Positions 62,033-64,000 of a DNA stretch of 64,000 nucleotides are shown here, one piece after another. Position 1 is the first letter of the stretch. Every line of letters begins with the position of its first letter. The stretch spans positions 64,001-128,000 of the forward strand of contig CAVTLK010000002.1 of the NCBI GenBank assembly GCA_963735595.1, read 5' to 3'. The notes beneath the pieces are model-generated. The model was not told the DNA's origin and did no database searches. It was given only the letters and a program-made list of their open reading frames with translations. Source of the stretch: an uncultured delta proteobacterium (GTDB lineage Bacteria > Desulfobacterota > Zymogenia > Zymogenales > Zymogenaceae). The position numbers were made by a program, and so were the translations under genes.

Positions 62033-62377
62033 TCAATCGCCCGGCCCGAAGTACTGGCTCTCGGACGGGACGGAGACACCCACGTCGGGCTGGATGTACT
62101 TGCCGTAGACGTACCCGTAGATTCCCTTGTAGACGATGTAGTACCAGTAACCGGTAAACCCGTCCAGCGAATCGGTGAAATCGGTGTGGGCCAGTATCTC
62201 CACGCGGGTCCCCGCGCCCAGCTCCCGCAACACCCCCGTATTGATGGACGGCGCCGGACGCAGGCGAACGGAGCTCCCGGTGATCACGGCGTTGTTTACG
62301 GCAAAGGCCTCGGCGGCAAACGCGGTGCAGATCAGCACAGCCAGCAGCAGGGTACAATACTTCTTCACATCCTTCAT
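62033..62377 (-). CDS. Secreted single SH3-domain protein
   Basis: Signal peptide ending AFA; VRLRPAPS; WYYIVY..GYVYGKY; GGAGG RBS. Confidence 0.82.
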   Translation of the reverse strand: MKDVKKYCTLLLAVLICTAFAAEAFAVNNAVITGSSVRLRPAPSINTGVLRELGAGTRVEILAHTDFTDSLDGFTGYWYYIVYKGIYGYVYGKYIQPDVGVSVPSESQYFGPGD

Positions 62378-62428
62378 GATATCCCTCCGTTCTCACGGTT
62401 CCCGAGGCCCATAATCCCTATCCCTAAT

Positions 62429-63535
62429 TTAATACAGGCCCCTCAGAATCTCAAGATATTTCTTGAAATTGTCAAGCGACACCTCCGGCGGCACGTTATG
62501 GTCCAGAGACGGGATGAATCCCCCCCTGGGCAGCATCCCGGCGACCTTCGGCTTCACTTCACGCTCGATGGCCGCCGTGTCGGTAAAGAGGGCGCGTTTG
62601 TCCAGGCCGCCGAGGATGATAAGGTGAGGATACTCCTCTCTCACCCGCCTGATGTCCATGCCCGCCTGCACCTCGAAGGGGAGCATCATGTTGATGCCGG
62701 CCTCCATAAAGAGCGGGATCAGGAGCGACACGTCGCCGTCGGAATCGACGGCAAATACCCGTATGTCGGTCTCGGTTTTGATCTCGTCGATAAGGCTCCG
62801 GTAGTAGGGGGCCATGAACTCGTTGACGGCCTTCGGCGAGATCATCGGGCCGTTCTTGTAGGACATGTCCTCGAAGAAAAAGACCCAGTCCACGGGGGCC
62901 TTTTCCCTGACTTTGCGCAGCAGGACGGAGTTCATGAAGCGCCACTGCCCGGCGATCGCATGCAGGAGCGCGGGGTCGCGCCGGATGGCGACCGAAAGGC
63001 CCGTCAGGCCCAGGAGGAGGCGGAGCATCCCGAACAGCCCGCAGCAGTGGGCGCAGGTATAGGTTTCGTCGCCCTTGGCCCTGGCCATATCTATCATGAA
63101 ATCGAGGAACTGCGTGAAGCGCTCCGGGGTCCCGGGGTCAAGCCGCCACCGGAGGTCCTCGAAATCTTTCAGGTTCTTGACCGGGTGGTCGAGGTACTGG
63201 GGGATAGTGGAGCGGCCGTCGGTCTTGACCCGCACGGTGTTGCCCCCTACGTCCCGTTTAATACTATAGTCCGGGCCGGCCTCGACGGTCACTTCTTCAA
63301 AGGCAGGCCAGAAGCCCGGCTCGTAGTCGGTATTGGCGGCTATCGGGAGCCACGAGAGGCTGTCAAAACCGAAATAGTCCGGCCCGGTAAAGGCGGCGTC
63401 GATGACCGTCTCGGGAAGACCCTCGGTGTGCCAGCGGGCAAGGGTCTCGTCCCAGAAGCCGAGGGCGTCATAATAGACGGGCCGGTCGACCTTTTCGAAA
63501 TTGCAGGTTGCGTGGAATCGCTCTCTGACGTTCAT
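62429..63535 (-). CDS. Uroporphyrinogen decarboxylase-fold (MtaA/CmuA-like) protein
   Basis: MNVRERFHA, EDMSYKNGPMISP, DSDGD, GGLDKR and GGFIPSLDHNVPP motifs. Confidence 0.88.
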   Translation of the reverse strand: MNVRERFHATCNFEKVDRPVYYDALGFWDETLARWHTEGLPETVIDAAFTGPDYFGFDSLSWLPIAANTDYEPGFWPAFEEVTVEAGPDYSIKRDVGGNTVRVKTDGRSTIPQYLDHPVKNLKDFEDLRWRLDPGTPERFTQFLDFMIDMARAKGDETYTCAHCCGLFGMLRLLLGLTGLSVAIRRDPALLHAIAGQWRFMNSVLLRKVREKAPVDWVFFFEDMSYKNGPMISPKAVNEFMAPYYRSLIDEIKTETDIRVFAVDSDGDVSLLIPLFMEAGINMMLPFEVQAGMDIRRVREEYPHLIILGGLDKRALFTDTAAIEREVKPKVAGMLPRGGFIPSLDHNVPPEVSLDNFKKYLEILRGLY

Positions 63536-63624
63536 GGCGGTCCATTCCGTTAGTTTTCGGAGTCGTTGTCGAGGCCCTAACCGGCAGCGGCAGTCGTGCT
63601 GTCAAATAGAAGGGAACCGCTCCC

Positions 63625-63746
63625 CTTCGTGCCTTTGTGTCTTTGTGGTGAAGATGCCGGCTTCGTCCCGGGAGAAGGGACCTCACCACAAAGGCACAAA
63701 AACAAAGATACAAAGGCACAAAGAACAATTACGCAAAGACACGAAG
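63625..63746. repeat. Inverted array of 8-nt CACAAAG(G/A) units
   Basis: CTTCGTGCCTTTGTGTCTTTGTGGTGA versus TCACCACAAAGGCACAAA...CAAAGACACGAAG. Confidence 0.7.
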
Positions 63747-63762
63747 AAGGGTCACGGCATCG

Positions 63763-64000
63763 TTAGAGCACCTCGGCCTTTATCAGGTTCGTCGTCCCCG
63801 GCCTTCCCCCGGGAAGCCCCGCCGTGATCACCACGAGGTCCCCCGGTTTGACGAGTTCCGTCTTCAGGGCCTCTTCGCGCGCGGCCCGGGTCATGTCCTC
63901 GACGTTTGTGGCGAAGGCCGCCTGCCTCGGTATGACGCCGAAGGTAAGGGTGAGCCGGCGCACCGTTTCTACATCTCCCGAGAGCGCGATGATCGGCTGC
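63763..64000 (-). CDS. pyk: Pyruvate kinase, C-terminal part (truncated by the window end)
   Basis: RRLTLTFGV...GDLVVITAG.P...GTTN. Confidence 0.88.
   Translation of the reverse strand, partial: QPIIALSGDVETVRRLTLTFGVIPRQAAFATNVEDMTRAAREEALKTELVKPGDLVVITAGLPGGRPGTTNLIKAEVL

Noticed and set aside
61950..62396. Apparent 367-aa single ORF spanning both SH3 genes
   Set aside because: The extension is an off-frame read of the upstream SH3 gene; the signal peptide begins at 61949.

Overview
This is a GC-rich bacterial chromosomal segment. Its gene content and order suggest an anaerobic deltaproteobacterium or Desulfobacterota-like diderm (inference). Core genes include cobB/Sir2, gap-pgk-tpiA-secG-tRNA-Leu(GAG), tatA/B-tatC-lpxH, a DHH/CBS tRNA nucleotidyltransferase, site-2 protease-scpA-scpB-rluB and the 3' end of pyk. 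Accessory content includes a DUF362 Fe-S protein, an FGGY kinase, an MA1821-type homocysteine synthase, a URO-D-like methyltransferase/corrinoid fusion, two envelope ABC systems, a fabG-ACP-FabZ-like mini-operon and tandem SH3 proteins. Several REP-like palindromic repeat families are dispersed through the intergenic spaces. The standout observation is an MBL-fold hydrolase gene (9990-10937, minus strand) that the ORF track splits in two. It is really one reading frame with a single in-frame UGA at codon 145, followed immediately by a SECIS-like stem-loop, which makes it a candidate selenoprotein. Two complete sigma54 promoter architectures drive uncharacterised low-complexity proteins. The 41-53 kb region is dense with single-base indels that look like long-read assembly errors rather than true pseudogenes. 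All family assignments come from motif recognition by eye; no searches were run.
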